Assembly: GCA_963822445.1 (NCBI GenBank) | Contig: CAWGHO010000001.1 | Span: 64,001 to 128,000 of the forward strand | From: an uncultured Acidobacteriota bacterium | GTDB lineage: Bacteria > Acidobacteriota > Thermoanaerobaculia > Gp7-AA8 | Direction of reading: 5' to 3' | DNA length: 64,000 bases | Made by a program: the position numbers and the translations under genes | Notes under the pieces: model-generated | What the model was told of the DNA's origin: nothing | What the model saw: only the letters and a program-made list of their open reading frames with translations | Database searches by the model: none | In this document: in pieces, positions 1 through 10,430 of the stretch | Layout: every line of letters begins with the position of its first letter | How positions within the stretch are numbered: position 1 is the stretch's first letter

Positions 1-1110
1 CTGAATCGGCGCGCGGCTGCGTTGCGCCTGGGCGACCATGTTCACGATCTGCGAGAGCAGCGTGTCCGCGCCGACGCGCTCGGCGCGCATGAGCACAGAG
101 CCGGTCGTGTTGACCGTTGCGCCGATCAGCCGATCGCCCTGCGCCTTCTGAACCGCGACCGGCTCGCCGGTGACCATCGATTCGTCGACGTTCGTGCTTC
201 CCTCGAGGACGAGGCCGTCGACGGGAATCTTCTCGCCCGGCCGGACCTGCAGCGTGTCACCGACTTTCACTTCGTCGAGCGGAACATCGACATGGCTGCC
301 GTTCGCATCGATCCGCCTAGCGGTTTTCGGCGCAAGGCCGAGGAGCGCGCGGATGGCAGCGCCGGTGCGGCTTCGCGCACGCAGCTCCATGACCTGACCG
401 AGGAGGACCAATGTGACGATGGCCGCGGCGGCTTCGAAGTAGACGCCGACGTTGCCGGAGTGATCGCGGAACGCCGGCGGGAAGAGTCCCGGCGCGAGGG
501 TGGCCACGAGGCTGTACAGAAACGCCACCGCCACGCCGAGTCCGATCAGCGTGAACATGTTCAGGTGGCGATTGACGATCGAGGCCCGGGCCCGCTCGAA
601 GAACGGCCAGCCGCCCCACAGCACGACCGGCGTCGCCAGCGCGAGCTCGATCCATGACCCGCGCGCGATCAGCGGTTGACCGAGGAGGTCGTGTCCCGCG
701 GGAAGGTGTCGCAGCATCGCGAAGGCGACGAGCGGCGCGGTCAGAACCACGCTGACCCAGAACCGGCGGCTCATGTCCTTCAGCTCGGACGTGTCTTCTT
801 CGAGCTGCACGGCGCGCGGCTCGAGGGCCATGCCACAGATCGGGCAGCTTCCCGGCGCATCGCGCACGACTTCAGGATGCATCGGGCAGGTCCACTCGCC
901 GGACGTCGACTTCACTTCCGGCTTCTTGCCGCCGCCCACGTACTTCGCCGGGTCAGCGTCGAACTTCACCTTGCAACCGGACGAGCAGAAGTAGATGGTC
1001 TGCCCGTCGTACTCAGAAGTGCCGGCGGCGTGGGCGGGATCGACGGTCATCCCGCAGACGGGGTCGATGTGTGCTGCGCCCGCCACGGGCGCATGGGAGT
1101 GTTCGGACAT
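1..1110 (-). CDS. copA: Heavy-metal (Cu+) P1B-type ATPase with N-terminal YHS and heavy-metal-binding domains; runs off the window
   Basis: Manual translation from ATG at 1110 gives DPVCGM...YFCSSGC (YHS), WTCPMHPE...[12 protein letters not shown] helices, [11 protein letters not shown] and the ESMVTGEP actuator motif. The frame is open to position 1. Confidence 0.9.
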   Translation of the reverse strand, partial: MSEHSHAPVAGAAHIDPVCGMTVDPAHAAGTSEYDGQTIYFCSSGCKVKFDADPAKYVGGGKKPEVKSTSGEWTCPMHPEVVRDAPGSCPICGMALEPRAVQLEEDTSELKDMSRRFWVSVVLTAPLVAFAMLRHLPAGHDLLGQPLIARGSWIELALATPVVLWGGWPFFERARASIVNRHLNMFTLIGLGVAVAFLYSLVATLAPGLFPPAFRDHSGNVGVYFEAAAAIVTLVLLGQVMELRARSRTGAAIRALLGLAPKTARRIDANGSHVDVPLDEVKVGDTLQVRPGEKIPVDGLVLEGSTNVDESMVTGEPVAVQKAQGDRLIGATVNTTGSVLMRAERVGADTLLSQIVNMVAQAQRSRAPIQ

Positions 1111-1223
1111 ATGACGGGCGTGATTATCAACGGGCGGACGCGAATGTGGCGAGCGCATGGTGGTCTCTCCTTCACTCAGGCAGACGCACCGGGGCGCGGG
1201 GGATTACAGTCGCGCGCCGCGGG

Positions 1224-2747
1224 CTACTTTTCCGCGCTGACCTCAGCTTCGCCCAGCGGCGCCGTCGCCGGCCCATTGAGCACGGCGCCGCGGATGTCGA
1301 AGCGAGATCCGTGGCACGCGCAGTCCCAGCTCTTCTCCGCGGCATTCCAGGCGACGGTGCAGCCCATGTGCGTGCAGGTCGGGTCGAGCACGCACAGCTT
1401 TCCGTCGATGCGGGCCACGGCTGCTTTCTTCCCGTCCGTGGAGACGATCTTCCCTTCTCCCTCGACTACTTCGTCGACGCTCTTCGCTTCCACGTCGAGA
1501 TGGGTGACCTTTTCGATCATCCGCTTCGGGAACACCGTCGCCTTGGTGACGACGTTCTCCAGGATCGCGCTGAGCTTCTTGCGGGCCGGGTCGTAGAGGC
1601 TCGCGTACTCGTTCTCGCGATCGAGCGCGAAGTCGCTGAGCATCAGCGCGGAGAGGGTGCCGTACGTCATCCCCGTGCCCGAGTAGCCGGTCGACATCCA
1701 CACGTTCTTTCCGTGCGAGCTCTCGCCGATGAAGGGCAGCATGTCCGCGGGCTCGTTGATCTGGCCGGACCAGCGGTGGGAGAAGGTCTTCACGCCAAAT
1801 CGCTCGCGACAGTACTGCTCGAGCGCTTCGTAGCGTTCCTCGTCATTCCCTTCCTTACCGACGTCGCGGTCCTCGCCCCCGACGATCAGATACAGCCCTT
1901 TGTCCGTCTCCAGCAGACGGGTGTAGTGATACGGGTAGGCCGTATCCCAGAAGAGCGCATCGGGAATCACGTCGCGCTTGATCGGCGCGGCCACGACGTA
2001 CGTGCGGGTGATGTACATCTTGGCCCAGATGCCACCGCGATCGTTGATGGGGACGTGCGTCGCGAGCAGCACGTGCTTCGCGCGCACACTTCCGACCTCC
2101 CCTTTGATCGCACCGGTGGAAACGTCGTTGATCAGCGTGTTCTCGAAAATGCGCGCGCCGTTGTCGACGGCGGCTTTGGCGAGGGGACGCAGATATTCGC
2201 GAATGTGAAAGATGTACTGATTGCGATAGCGCACCCCGCCCTTCGTCGCGAACGGCACCGGCACTTCCTCGACCCACTCCGTGGCGATGCCCGTCTCCAG
2301 CAGGTACTCCTGCTGTCTCTTCAGGTATTCGACGTCTTTCTCGTCTTCCGTATAGAGATAGCCGTCGACGGCCTTGAAGCCGCAGTCGATTCCCAGCTCT
2401 TCGACCAGCGAGCGGATCAGCGCGATGGACTTCCGAATGGCCTCGGTATTGAGGCGCGCGTCATCGACTCCGTGAGTCTTGATCAGGTCTTTGTAGTCGG
2501 CGTCCGTCGCTTCGATGATGTGCGCGGTCGTGTGGCCGGTCTCCGACATCGCGATCCGCCCCTTGTCGACGAGCACCACCGACTTGCCCGCTTTGGCGAG
2601 CAGGTACGCGGCGGTGATGCCGGTGATGCCCCCTCCGACAATGGCCACGTCGGCGTCGAGGTCTTCCTTCAGCGAGGGATAGTTCGTCGAAGGAGTGGTG
2701 TCGATCCAGATGGAAAGCGATTCGGCGGAGCCTGGCGGGTGTTTCAT
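1224..2747 (-). CDS. FAD-dependent oxidoreductase with C-terminal Rieske 2Fe-2S domain (YhfW-like)
   Basis: VAIVGGGITG FAD motif; CTHMGC...WDCACHGSRF Rieske motif. Confidence 0.88.
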   Translation of the reverse strand: MKHPPGSAESLSIWIDTTPSTNYPSLKEDLDADVAIVGGGITGITAAYLLAKAGKSVVLVDKGRIAMSETGHTTAHIIEATDADYKDLIKTHGVDDARLNTEAIRKSIALIRSLVEELGIDCGFKAVDGYLYTEDEKDVEYLKRQQEYLLETGIATEWVEEVPVPFATKGGVRYRNQYIFHIREYLRPLAKAAVDNGARIFENTLINDVSTGAIKGEVGSVRAKHVLLATHVPINDRGGIWAKMYITRTYVVAAPIKRDVIPDALFWDTAYPYHYTRLLETDKGLYLIVGGEDRDVGKEGNDEERYEALEQYCRERFGVKTFSHRWSGQINEPADMLPFIGESSHGKNVWMSTGYSGTGMTYGTLSALMLSDFALDRENEYASLYDPARKKLSAILENVVTKATVFPKRMIEKVTHLDVEAKSVDEVVEGEGKIVSTDGKKAAVARIDGKLCVLDPTCTHMGCTVAWNAAEKSWDCACHGSRFDIRGAVLNGPATAPLGEAEVSAEK

Positions 2748-2807
2748 GCAGAAGTTTGCATTCCGCAAACGTGCCTGAACGATCAAAGGTGGTAGCGTCC
2801 TCGCTCC

Positions 2808-4205
2808 ATGCGCCAATCCGTCCGTTTCGCCGTCGTCATCACCGCTCTAGCTCTGACCTTTTCCGCCCGTGCCACGTGCGGCGGCGGAGGTGGAGGCGGC
2901 ACGGGCGGGATGATGCCGAACAACGGCACGGCGCCGAAGGCTTACGTCGTTCCCTGGAAGGTCGCCGATGCCAGCGCGGCAACGGCGGCGCTCACGCTGT
3001 ACTGGGCGCCCGCGGCCGCGGCCGAGGTGAAGGGCAGCGATCTCGTGTCCTCACGAACGCTGACGCTCGCGTCCGCGCAGTGCATCGGAATGATGATCAT
3101 CCATCCCGAGGACACGGCGACGCAGGCGAAGTGGGAAGTCGCTGGAAAGGTTCCGATGGCCTTCCTCGCCGGCCCGGACGGAAAGCAGATCGCGAAAGTC
3201 GACGGCGACAAAGGGAAGCTGCGCCTGTCCGACGTCGAAGGCATGCTGAACCGCGAGCTGAAGGCGCGCGAGGGCGCGCTGGACAAGGTGCTCGACGAAG
3301 CGAAACAGAAAGCGGACGGCGGCGACAAAGACACCGCGACCGCGTTGTACACCCAGGTGTGGGAGCAGCGATGCCTCTCGCCCAAAAAGGGCCGCGCCGC
3401 GCAGAAGGCCTTGGGCAAGCTCGGCGTCGAAGTGAAGGATGCAACGCTGCGGATCACCGATCCGATGGTGACTCCGCGCATGAACGCGCGCATGACCGCG
3501 GCGATGGATCGCGCGCTGGCCGCCGAGGTGGTTGATGATTATGAGAAGGCGCGCTCGCTGTATGCCGCGGCGGTGCAGATCGATCCCGCCGATCCTGTTC
3601 CGCATCGTTTCCTCGCCGAGCTCTATCGCCATCACACCGGCGAATGGACGCTGGCGACGCAGACCTTCAATCACCTGCTGAGCATTCAGCCCGATCCGCT
3701 TTCCCGCGCAGTCGCGCTGCACGGCCTCGGCAAGATCACCATCCACATGGGCAACCCCGCCAAGGGTCTGGCGTTCTTCGAGGAATCGGTGGCCGTCTTT
3801 CCGCTGGCACTCACCTATCGCAACCTCGCCGTGTACTGGAACTCCGAGCGCGTGCGCGACAAAGCGAATGTGTACGTCGCGAAGGCGATGGCCATGGCCC
3901 CCGATGATCCGTTCAACCTGATCTTCGCCGCGACGTACATGGCCGACAGCGGCCGCGGCGAAGAAGCACTGCGCATCGCCCGCGAGCACGAGAACATCCT
4001 GGCCGCTTCCTACAACCTCGCCGCCATCTACGCCCTCCTCGGACAGAAGGGCAAAGCCATGGACTTGCTGAAGCGCCACTTCTACACCTACGAGCGCTAC
4101 GACGACGTGCGGGCCATGGAAATGTGGGAAGCGCGCGTCGACTACGTGTTCTCGTCGATCAAGGATGACCAGGACTTCGTGGAGCTGACGAAACTGGCGC
4201 GCTGA
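2808..4205 (+). CDS. Secreted TPR-repeat protein
   Basis: Signal peptide (..FSARA), Cys/Gly-rich N-terminus, TPR-like helices (YNLAAIYALLGQ). Confidence 0.7.
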   Translation: MRQSVRFAVVITALALTFSARATCGGGGGGGTGGMMPNNGTAPKAYVVPWKVADASAATAALTLYWAPAAAAEVKGSDLVSSRTLTLASAQCIGMMIIHPEDTATQAKWEVAGKVPMAFLAGPDGKQIAKVDGDKGKLRLSDVEGMLNRELKAREGALDKVLDEAKQKADGGDKDTATALYTQVWEQRCLSPKKGRAAQKALGKLGVEVKDATLRITDPMVTPRMNARMTAAMDRALAAEVVDDYEKARSLYAAAVQIDPADPVPHRFLAELYRHHTGEWTLATQTFNHLLSIQPDPLSRAVALHGLGKITIHMGNPAKGLAFFEESVAVFPLALTYRNLAVYWNSERVRDKANVYVAKAMAMAPDDPFNLIFAATYMADSGRGEEALRIAREHENILAASYNLAAIYALLGQKGKAMDLLKRHFYTYERYDDVRAMEMWEARVDYVFSSIKDDQDFVELTKLAR

Positions 4206-4208
4206 CCG

Positions 4209-5087
4209 TCACTTTCTGGTGTTGACCCCGAACGTGACGACCTTCCCATCGGGCGAGACCTTGCGCACGCGCGGCAACCACTCGCTCCGATCGTCGGATG
4301 CCGTGTGCAGATACTCGAGCACGTAGAGATCGCGGCCGTGGACGGCGACGGCGGTCGGAGACCAGGGCGCCGGCGCCTTCAACACCGAAGCCAGGCGCCC
4401 CTTGGTGTCGACCCGCAGGACGACGCCGCAACCTGCCGCGGCAACGTAGATCGATCCATCGTGCGCGACAGCAAGGCCGCGAAGGTAAGGCCCGGTCGGC
4501 GCCTCGGTACCCGGAACGACCGAACAGTTCGGCACGACGATATCCGCGATCACCGTCGTGACCCGCCCGCGCGCGTCGACCTTCCGGATCAATCGATCTT
4601 CCGTGTAGTACAGCGAGCCGTCAGGACCGGGAGCGAGTCCGTTCAACCAAGTGATCGTTTCGCCCCCACGCCGAATGGCCGGCAATGTCGCCCGAACGGT
4701 TTTCGCACCGGACGGCTCGATCGCGGTGAGCCGGATGACTCCTCCGCCCGATCCATCGGGGTAGTAGAACTTCCCGTCGCTGCCGATCGTCACCGGAAAA
4801 TCGCTGGAGAGAATGACCGTCGGATTCGCTCCGGCAGAACGAAACTCGCCATTCGGCACGTGCGGCCAGGGCGTGTTCCGGTACCGGCTGGCCGGATCGA
4901 ACGCGAACCAGTGGAAGGCGGGACCCTCGCGGCGCACGACGCGTCCGTCCGGCTCGATGGAGAAGACTCCCCCGCCGGTGTCGACGAAGTAGATGGTGCC
5001 ATTGCTCGACACGGCGATGGCCGCGCCGGGATGGGCGTGGGAAACAGCGGCGGCCAGCAGGGTCAGGAGCAGCAGAGCGGTTCGCAT
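4209..5087 (-). CDS. Secreted NHL/beta-propeller repeat protein
   Basis: Signal peptide; repeated GLAxxxDGSxY blades. Confidence 0.7.
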   Translation of the reverse strand: MRTALLLLTLLAAAVSHAHPGAAIAVSSNGTIYFVDTGGGVFSIEPDGRVVRREGPAFHWFAFDPASRYRNTPWPHVPNGEFRSAGANPTVILSSDFPVTIGSDGKFYYPDGSGGGVIRLTAIEPSGAKTVRATLPAIRRGGETITWLNGLAPGPDGSLYYTEDRLIRKVDARGRVTTVIADIVVPNCSVVPGTEAPTGPYLRGLAVAHDGSIYVAAAGCGVVLRVDTKGRLASVLKAPAPWSPTAVAVHGRDLYVLEYLHTASDDRSEWLPRVRKVSPDGKVVTFGVNTRK

Positions 5088-5125
5088 GAATTGAGGATGC
5101 GCGCCGCGGGTCGAGTGTTAACCGG

Positions 5126-7852
5126 CTACTCCTCCAGCATCTTCTGCCAGTTCACGATCACGCTCAGCGGCGGCTTCCCTTCCTTGATCAGACGCAGGGC
5201 CACGATGGTGCCGTTCGCGGCAACGGTGAACCCGGCGATCCGGTCGCCCATGGCTTCGAATGCGCGTGGCAAATCCACCGCGAACAGCGACCCCGCGCGG
5301 ACCGGCGCCCTCATGATGCGATCCTGATGGAGAAACAGAATGGACCGGCCGTCCTCGCTCCAATACGGCGTGCGCCCTCCCTCCGTCGAGACCTGCCACT
5401 TGGCGGTCGCCTCCGGAAAGTTCGTCACGTAAATCTCCGCGCGTCCGCCTTGGTCCGACTCATAAGCCAGCCATCGGCCGTCGGGCGAAACACGGCCGTT
5501 GATCTCGTTGGCTGGCGTCTGCACGACGGGTACGAAAGCGCCGCCGCGAGCCGCGTCGATCACCTCGATGTCGAAGCCCGTCGCGCTCCGCTGCGTGCTC
5601 ACCACGATCTTGCTGCCGTCCCCCGACCAGTCCGTCGCGATGATGTAGTCCGCACCGGCGCTGAGCGTCTGATGCCCTGCGCCGCCGACGGGCTGCGTCC
5701 ACAGCTCCCGCGTCCTTGTGCGGACATTCCGGCTGGAAGCGATGGCGATCCGTTTTCCATCCGGCGCGAAGACCGCTGAATCATCCCCCGCCGCTTCGGC
5801 GGTGAAGGTGATGCGGCTCCAGGTTCCGCTGTCGAAGTCGAACAGCCAGGGATCGGAGTTCCGCGTCGATGCATCGAAGCGGTTGACGATGATGCTCCTG
5901 CCATCCGGTGCCACTCGCGGCGCGTTGTACGTGCCGGCCTCGCGAATCTCGCGCGGACGGTCGCTGCCGGGATCGAGCTTCAGGAAGTGCATCACCGGCG
6001 AGGGCGGACTGCGGAAAACCAGCGTCGAGCCGCCCGCCGCGAACAGGCCCTGGAACCGCGCCCAGTACCAGTCGACATTCCGTCCGATCGGTACAGACTT
6101 CCCCACCACTTCCATCTTGTCGGAGTCGAACCGCTGGGCCATCAGGTTGGGAACGCGCGCGGTGATGAGCCAGTCATCGATGAGGGCGACGTTGGATCCG
6201 TAGTCGAGAACTTTGCGATCGACGTCGCCGTCGAGCGATCCCGCCCTGAGCACGGCCCGGCCGAGGGTGGACCGGTCTCCGCTCGTGTAGAAGAAGCGCT
6301 TCCCGTCAGGAAAAAAGTGAGGATTCCGATAGAGCGGCCTGGTGACGCTGGCCGGTACGTTCACGGCCAGCGACGGCGTGCCGCCCGTATCCGGCACGCG
6401 CATCAGGGGTGCGTAAGTGTTCGGCGTGAAGATGATCACCCCGAGCCGGCTCCAGCTTCCGCCGCGGCCGTTGGGAGCATCGCAGAGCTCTTCGATCGTG
6501 CCGCTGCTGATCGTGACGGCCTTCAGCTTTCCGCCGCCGAAGAAGCCGACCTTGCTGCCGTCAGGCGACCAGAATGGATAGGTCGCTCCTTCCGTGCCGG
6601 GCAGACGGCGCAGTTCATCACCGGCCAGGTCGCGGATGGCCAGGATGCTCTCTCCTTCGTTCGCGCTCGGCAAAGGATTCGCGGACTTCGCCTCGGTCAG
6701 CACCGCCGCGAGATGGAGCCCATCGGGAGAAACAGCCACGGGCGCGTTGACGACGTTGTCCAGAGGAAGGACGATCTCGGTCTTGAGAAGACGCCGCTCG
6801 TTCGCTGCCAGCCGCGCGTTCAACGCAACGCCGGCACCCGCGAGCGCCGCCGTCCACCCGGTCACCGCAAGAGCGATCATCCACCGCTGTCTTCGGCGTC
6901 GTGCGGTAACGACAGGTAGAGCGATGCCGACCTGAGATCCTGCACCAGCGAGCCACCGCAATTCCTGAGCGATGTCCTGTGCGCTTTGCCAGCGCTCGTC
7001 CGGGTCTTTCTCCAGGCACTTCATCACCACGTGCTCGAACGCGGGCGGTGTCAGCGGCTGCAGTTGCGAGATCGGAGTGGGAGTCCGATCGACGATCGCC
7101 GCGATCAGGCTGCTCCTCGACTTCCCCTCGAACGCCGGTTGGCCGGTGATCATCTCGTAGAGCAATGTGCCGAGGGCGAAGATGTCCGTGCGCTCGTCGG
7201 CCTGGAGTCCGTCGAACTGCTCCGGCGCCATGTATTGCAGCGTGCCGAGAATCGTGCCGCGCTCGGTCACTGGACGTTCGAATCGCAGCTCGGTCGGATT
7301 GTGGTGCTCGGCCGGGAGCACGTAGGTCGGGGCAAGCGGTGCTGCAGAACGGGGAACCGGTCGCGAGCCGGGGCTCGATCGGGGCCCTCGTGTCGACTCC
7401 CGCGCCAGGCCGAAATCCAGGAGCTTCGCGTCCCCCTTGCTGAGCATGACGTTGCCCGGCTTCAGATCGCGATGGACGATTCCGGCGCGATGGGCGCGGT
7501 CCAGGGCCCCGGCGATCTGAGCGCCGTACTTCAGAACATCGGCAAGAGGAAGAGGCCCGCGGTTGATGCGCTGCTCGAGCGACTCCCCCTCCAGCAGCTC
7601 CATGACCAGGTAGTCGTCTCCGACATCGTAAAGACGGCAGATGTGCGGGTGCTCCAGTTGCGAGATCGTTCGCGCCTCATGTCCGAAACGCAGCTTGAAC
7701 TGCGCGTCGTTCGCCAGGTCCGCGGGCAGGACCTTGATCGCCACGGACCGGTTGAGGCGGGTGTCGCGAGCTTTCCAGACCTCGCCCATGCCGCCAGCCC
7801 CGATCAGTTCGACGATCTCATACGGGCCGACACGATTTCCGACGGAGAACAT
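5126..7852 (-). CDS. Hanks-type Ser/Thr kinase with TM helix and TolB-like (PD40) propeller
   Basis: GAGGMGEV, VAIK, HRDLKPGN, DFGLA and GTLQYMAPE motifs; C-terminal SPDG repeats. Confidence 0.93.
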   Translation of the reverse strand: MFSVGNRVGPYEIVELIGAGGMGEVWKARDTRLNRSVAIKVLPADLANDAQFKLRFGHEARTISQLEHPHICRLYDVGDDYLVMELLEGESLEQRINRGPLPLADVLKYGAQIAGALDRAHRAGIVHRDLKPGNVMLSKGDAKLLDFGLARESTRGPRSSPGSRPVPRSAAPLAPTYVLPAEHHNPTELRFERPVTERGTILGTLQYMAPEQFDGLQADERTDIFALGTLLYEMITGQPAFEGKSRSSLIAAIVDRTPTPISQLQPLTPPAFEHVVMKCLEKDPDERWQSAQDIAQELRWLAGAGSQVGIALPVVTARRRRQRWMIALAVTGWTAALAGAGVALNARLAANERRLLKTEIVLPLDNVVNAPVAVSPDGLHLAAVLTEAKSANPLPSANEGESILAIRDLAGDELRRLPGTEGATYPFWSPDGSKVGFFGGGKLKAVTISSGTIEELCDAPNGRGGSWSRLGVIIFTPNTYAPLMRVPDTGGTPSLAVNVPASVTRPLYRNPHFFPDGKRFFYTSGDRSTLGRAVLRAGSLDGDVDRKVLDYGSNVALIDDWLITARVPNLMAQRFDSDKMEVVGKSVPIGRNVDWYWARFQGLFAAGGSTLVFRSPPSPVMHFLKLDPGSDRPREIREAGTYNAPRVAPDGRSIIVNRFDASTRNSDPWLFDFDSGTWSRITFTAEAAGDDSAVFAPDGKRIAIASSRNVRTRTRELWTQPVGGAGHQTLSAGADYIIATDWSGDGSKIVVSTQRSATGFDIEVIDAARGGAFVPVVQTPANEINGRVSPDGRWLAYESDQGGRAEIYVTNFPEATAKWQVSTEGGRTPYWSEDGRSILFLHQDRIMRAPVRAGSLFAVDLPRAFEAMGDRIAGFTVAANGTIVALRLIKEGKPPLSVIVNWQKMLEE

Positions 7853-8076
7853 TGATGAGAGACGGGTTCATATCACACGTGCTTCCCGCGAATACCCGTG
7901 CCGGTACGAGTTCCTCACGAACCCGTAACGCGTACGCCATCAATGCCCTGGTGAGGCCCCTATCCTCCCCGCGAGTGCACAGCAGTTCGTTTACGGTCGT
8001 CATTTCCTGTCTCCTTTCGATGGTGCAGCGCAGCGGCGGCAAAGTCATCTACACCGCGAGTTACCATCAGCATCCG

Positions 8077-8643
8077 ATGAGCGAGACCGAGTCCGTCTCC
8101 CCTGACGTTGCCACGCGCCTCGTCGGCAGTCACCGCCAGTTCCTGGCCTTCCTCGAGCGCCGCCTCGGCGATCGCGCCCTGGCCGAAGACATTCTTCAGG
8201 ACGCGTTCGTGAAGAGCCTGGAGAAGGCGGAGAGCATTCGCGATGACGAGTCGGCGGTGGCTTGGTTTTACCGGCTGTTGCGCAACGCGATCATCGATCA
8301 TCACCGGCGCGCGAGCGTGCGGAACCGTTCGCTGGAAGTGCTGGCCGGCGAGATGAAGGACGCCGTCGAGCCGCCGCCGGAGATTCATGGGGCCATCTGC
8401 GCCTGCGTCGGCGAGCTCGCGGCAAATCTCAAACCGGAGTACGCCGAAGCGATCCGCCGCGTGGAAGTGGAAGGAATGCCCGTGCAGGAATTCGCGGGCG
8501 AGGCAGGCATCACCGCGAACAACGCCGCCGTGCGCGTGTTCCGCGCCCGCGAAGCGCTCCGCAAACAGGTCAAGGCATCCTGCCGCACGTGCGCGGACCA
8601 TGGATGCCTCGACTGCACGTGCGGCAAGTCGTCAACGAAGTGA
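8077..8643 (+). CDS. ECF sigma factor, CorE-like (metal-responsive)
   Basis: AEDILQDAF and WFYRLLRN (sigma2); CAC in the linker; C-terminal CRTCADHGCLDCTC. Confidence 0.85.
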   Translation: MSETESVSPDVATRLVGSHRQFLAFLERRLGDRALAEDILQDAFVKSLEKAESIRDDESAVAWFYRLLRNAIIDHHRRASVRNRSLEVLAGEMKDAVEPPPEIHGAICACVGELAANLKPEYAEAIRRVEVEGMPVQEFAGEAGITANNAAVRVFRAREALRKQVKASCRTCADHGCLDCTCGKSSTK

Positions 8644-8687
8644 CTCGGATCGACGAGCCTGCTGAAGACGCGATGCATCGCGCGCCA

Positions 8688-9215
8688 TTACACCTGCGGC
8701 CGCGCGCGCTCCTCCCGCTGCTTCCGCCACCCATATCGCGTGAGGCCGCGCGGCTTGTAGATCGACAGGACGGTGTTGACCAGCAGCGCCACCAGGGCAA
8801 AAGCGGCGTCGGCGGCGAGCTGAATCCGAAGCCGGCGCAGATCGCCCGCGGCCAGCGCCCCCGAGGCCGCCACGCCCGCGACATACGTGATCGGGCGCAT
8901 GTGCACGAACAGGATCAGCGTCGAGAGCACGGTGATCAGGAACTTGATCAGGACCCAGTAGTGGCGGAACAGACCCCACGGCGTGACGAGCGATTGAACG
9001 AGACCGGTTGCCAGCGACGCGAGGCACAACGGAAGGATCAGATACCAGGCCGTGAGACCCATGGCGACGTACGCCGAGCGGGCGATCTGCGGATCCTCGC
9101 TTCGCAGGCCGGCGACCGACAGCACGAGAAACGCCGCAACGGCGCCGAGCCAGCCCACCGAAGTCGTGACATGCGCGGTCAGCGCGAGCTTGCGGAGACC
9201 GGGCGCCAGCACCAT
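8688..9215 (-). CDS. Four-TM membrane protein (DUF2269-like)
   Basis: LTAHVTTSVGWLG, WGLFRHYWV, LSIYKPRG; TGATG coupling to the upstream ORF. Confidence 0.7.
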   Translation of the reverse strand: MVLAPGLRKLALTAHVTTSVGWLGAVAAFLVLSVAGLRSEDPQIARSAYVAMGLTAWYLILPLCLASLATGLVQSLVTPWGLFRHYWVLIKFLITVLSTLILFVHMRPITYVAGVAASGALAAGDLRRLRIQLAADAAFALVALLVNTVLSIYKPRGLTRYGWRKQREERARPQV

Positions 9216-9367
9216 CACTGCATGTGATTGCGGAACGCGCCGCCGGTGAGATGGAGGATGACGAAGACCAGCACGAACAGCCCGGCCAGGATGGCCAAAA
9301 CGCGCACCCACCGCGGCGCGGCGGGTGGGTGCTCGTCCGGGTCTGGCAGGCGCTTCGAGTCGGGCAT
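9215..9367 (-). CDS. Small single-TM protein (50 aa)
   Basis: PRWVRVLAILAGLFVLVFVILHL; start and stop overlap both neighbours. Confidence 0.6.
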   Translation of the reverse strand: MPDSKRLPDPDEHPPAAPRWVRVLAILAGLFVLVFVILHLTGGAFRNHMQ

Positions 9368-10359
9368 CACTTCCGGATCGGCACGATCGAGATCGCCGTG
9401 TACGTTCCGTCGGCGTTCTCGGTGCCGATGACCTCGACGCGATCGCCCGGGTTCGCCGCCGGCGAGATCCGCACGCTGAGCGGCCAGTTCACGACGACGT
9501 CTTTGTGGTCGGAGTCCCGCGTGATCACCCATTTCGGCGTCTCGATGGACTTGACGATGCCGGTGAACTTCACCGCCTTCGGTGCCTCGATCGACTTGAT
9601 GATCGAGAGCGCCACGTTGGCGTGCGCGGAATCGACGGTGTAGAGCACCTCGACGCGGTCTCCCGCTTTCGGTTCGCCGAGGATCTTGGTCGATGCGTTG
9701 ACGACAAAGGTGGTGTCGTGATCGCGGACGGTGATCACCCAGGCGTCCGTACCGATCGACTTCACCACGCCGCTCGCGGTCTGGGGCCGTGGCGGAATCG
9801 GCGAAATGAGCGTCACCCGCGAGGCGACGAGCGCTCCGCCCACGACGTTGGCCTCGACGATGACAACCGTATTCGCCTGCAGATTGGCGATCGAGCCCTG
9901 CCGGCCGAAGTTCACGAACGTCGTGTTTGCGTCGACTTTGATGGTGCGGTTGAGCAGAAGGAACTGGCTGCCGGCGGTGTCGACGCTCTGCACGGTGCCG
10001 GTGAAAGTCACATCCGCATGGCGAAGGACCGCGATAGCGGTCGCGACCAGCGGTCCGGTCGTAACGGTTCCGGGGTCGCGCAGCGTGGCGATGATCCGCG
10101 CGCCGGGCTGGATGGCCGAGATCGTCGCCGCGCCGTCGTGATCGAGAATCTTGGCGCTGCTGGCGTCGATCATCACGAGTCCGCCGGCCAGGGTGATGAG
10201 AGTTCCGCTCACCGCGCTCACTTCACCGGTCACGCTCGCGCCGCTGCCGATCCCGCGACTGGCGTCGTCCTGCGGCGGCGGTGCCACCGCGCGATTCTTC
10301 GCGACGACGTTCAGAGCGAGGAGCAGCATGAAGAGCGTGGGGAGGAGTCGTTTGGACAT
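9367..10359 (-). CDS. Secreted protein with repeated OB-fold-like units (DUF5666-like)
   Basis: Signal peptide; four G(x)VxSV/I...GDRVEV-type repeats. Confidence 0.7.
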   Translation of the reverse strand: MSKRLLPTLFMLLLALNVVAKNRAVAPPPQDDASRGIGSGASVTGEVSAVSGTLITLAGGLVMIDASSAKILDHDGAATISAIQPGARIIATLRDPGTVTTGPLVATAIAVLRHADVTFTGTVQSVDTAGSQFLLLNRTIKVDANTTFVNFGRQGSIANLQANTVVIVEANVVGGALVASRVTLISPIPPRPQTASGVVKSIGTDAWVITVRDHDTTFVVNASTKILGEPKAGDRVEVLYTVDSAHANVALSIIKSIEAPKAVKFTGIVKSIETPKWVITRDSDHKDVVVNWPLSVRISPAANPGDRVEVIGTENADGTYTAISIVPIRK

Positions 10360-10430
10360 GCGAATAAGTTTACAGCACCAGGGACCATCGACGGCTGCGC
10401 GGGATGTTTCGCAAGAGACGTTCGACGGAG

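Noticed and set aside
22-2795. Long plus-strand ORFs (22-657, 676-1596, 1071-2795) and similar ones such as 39841-41514 and 60487-62571
   Set aside because: They are antisense shadows of well-supported genes in high-GC DNA and have no motifs of their own.
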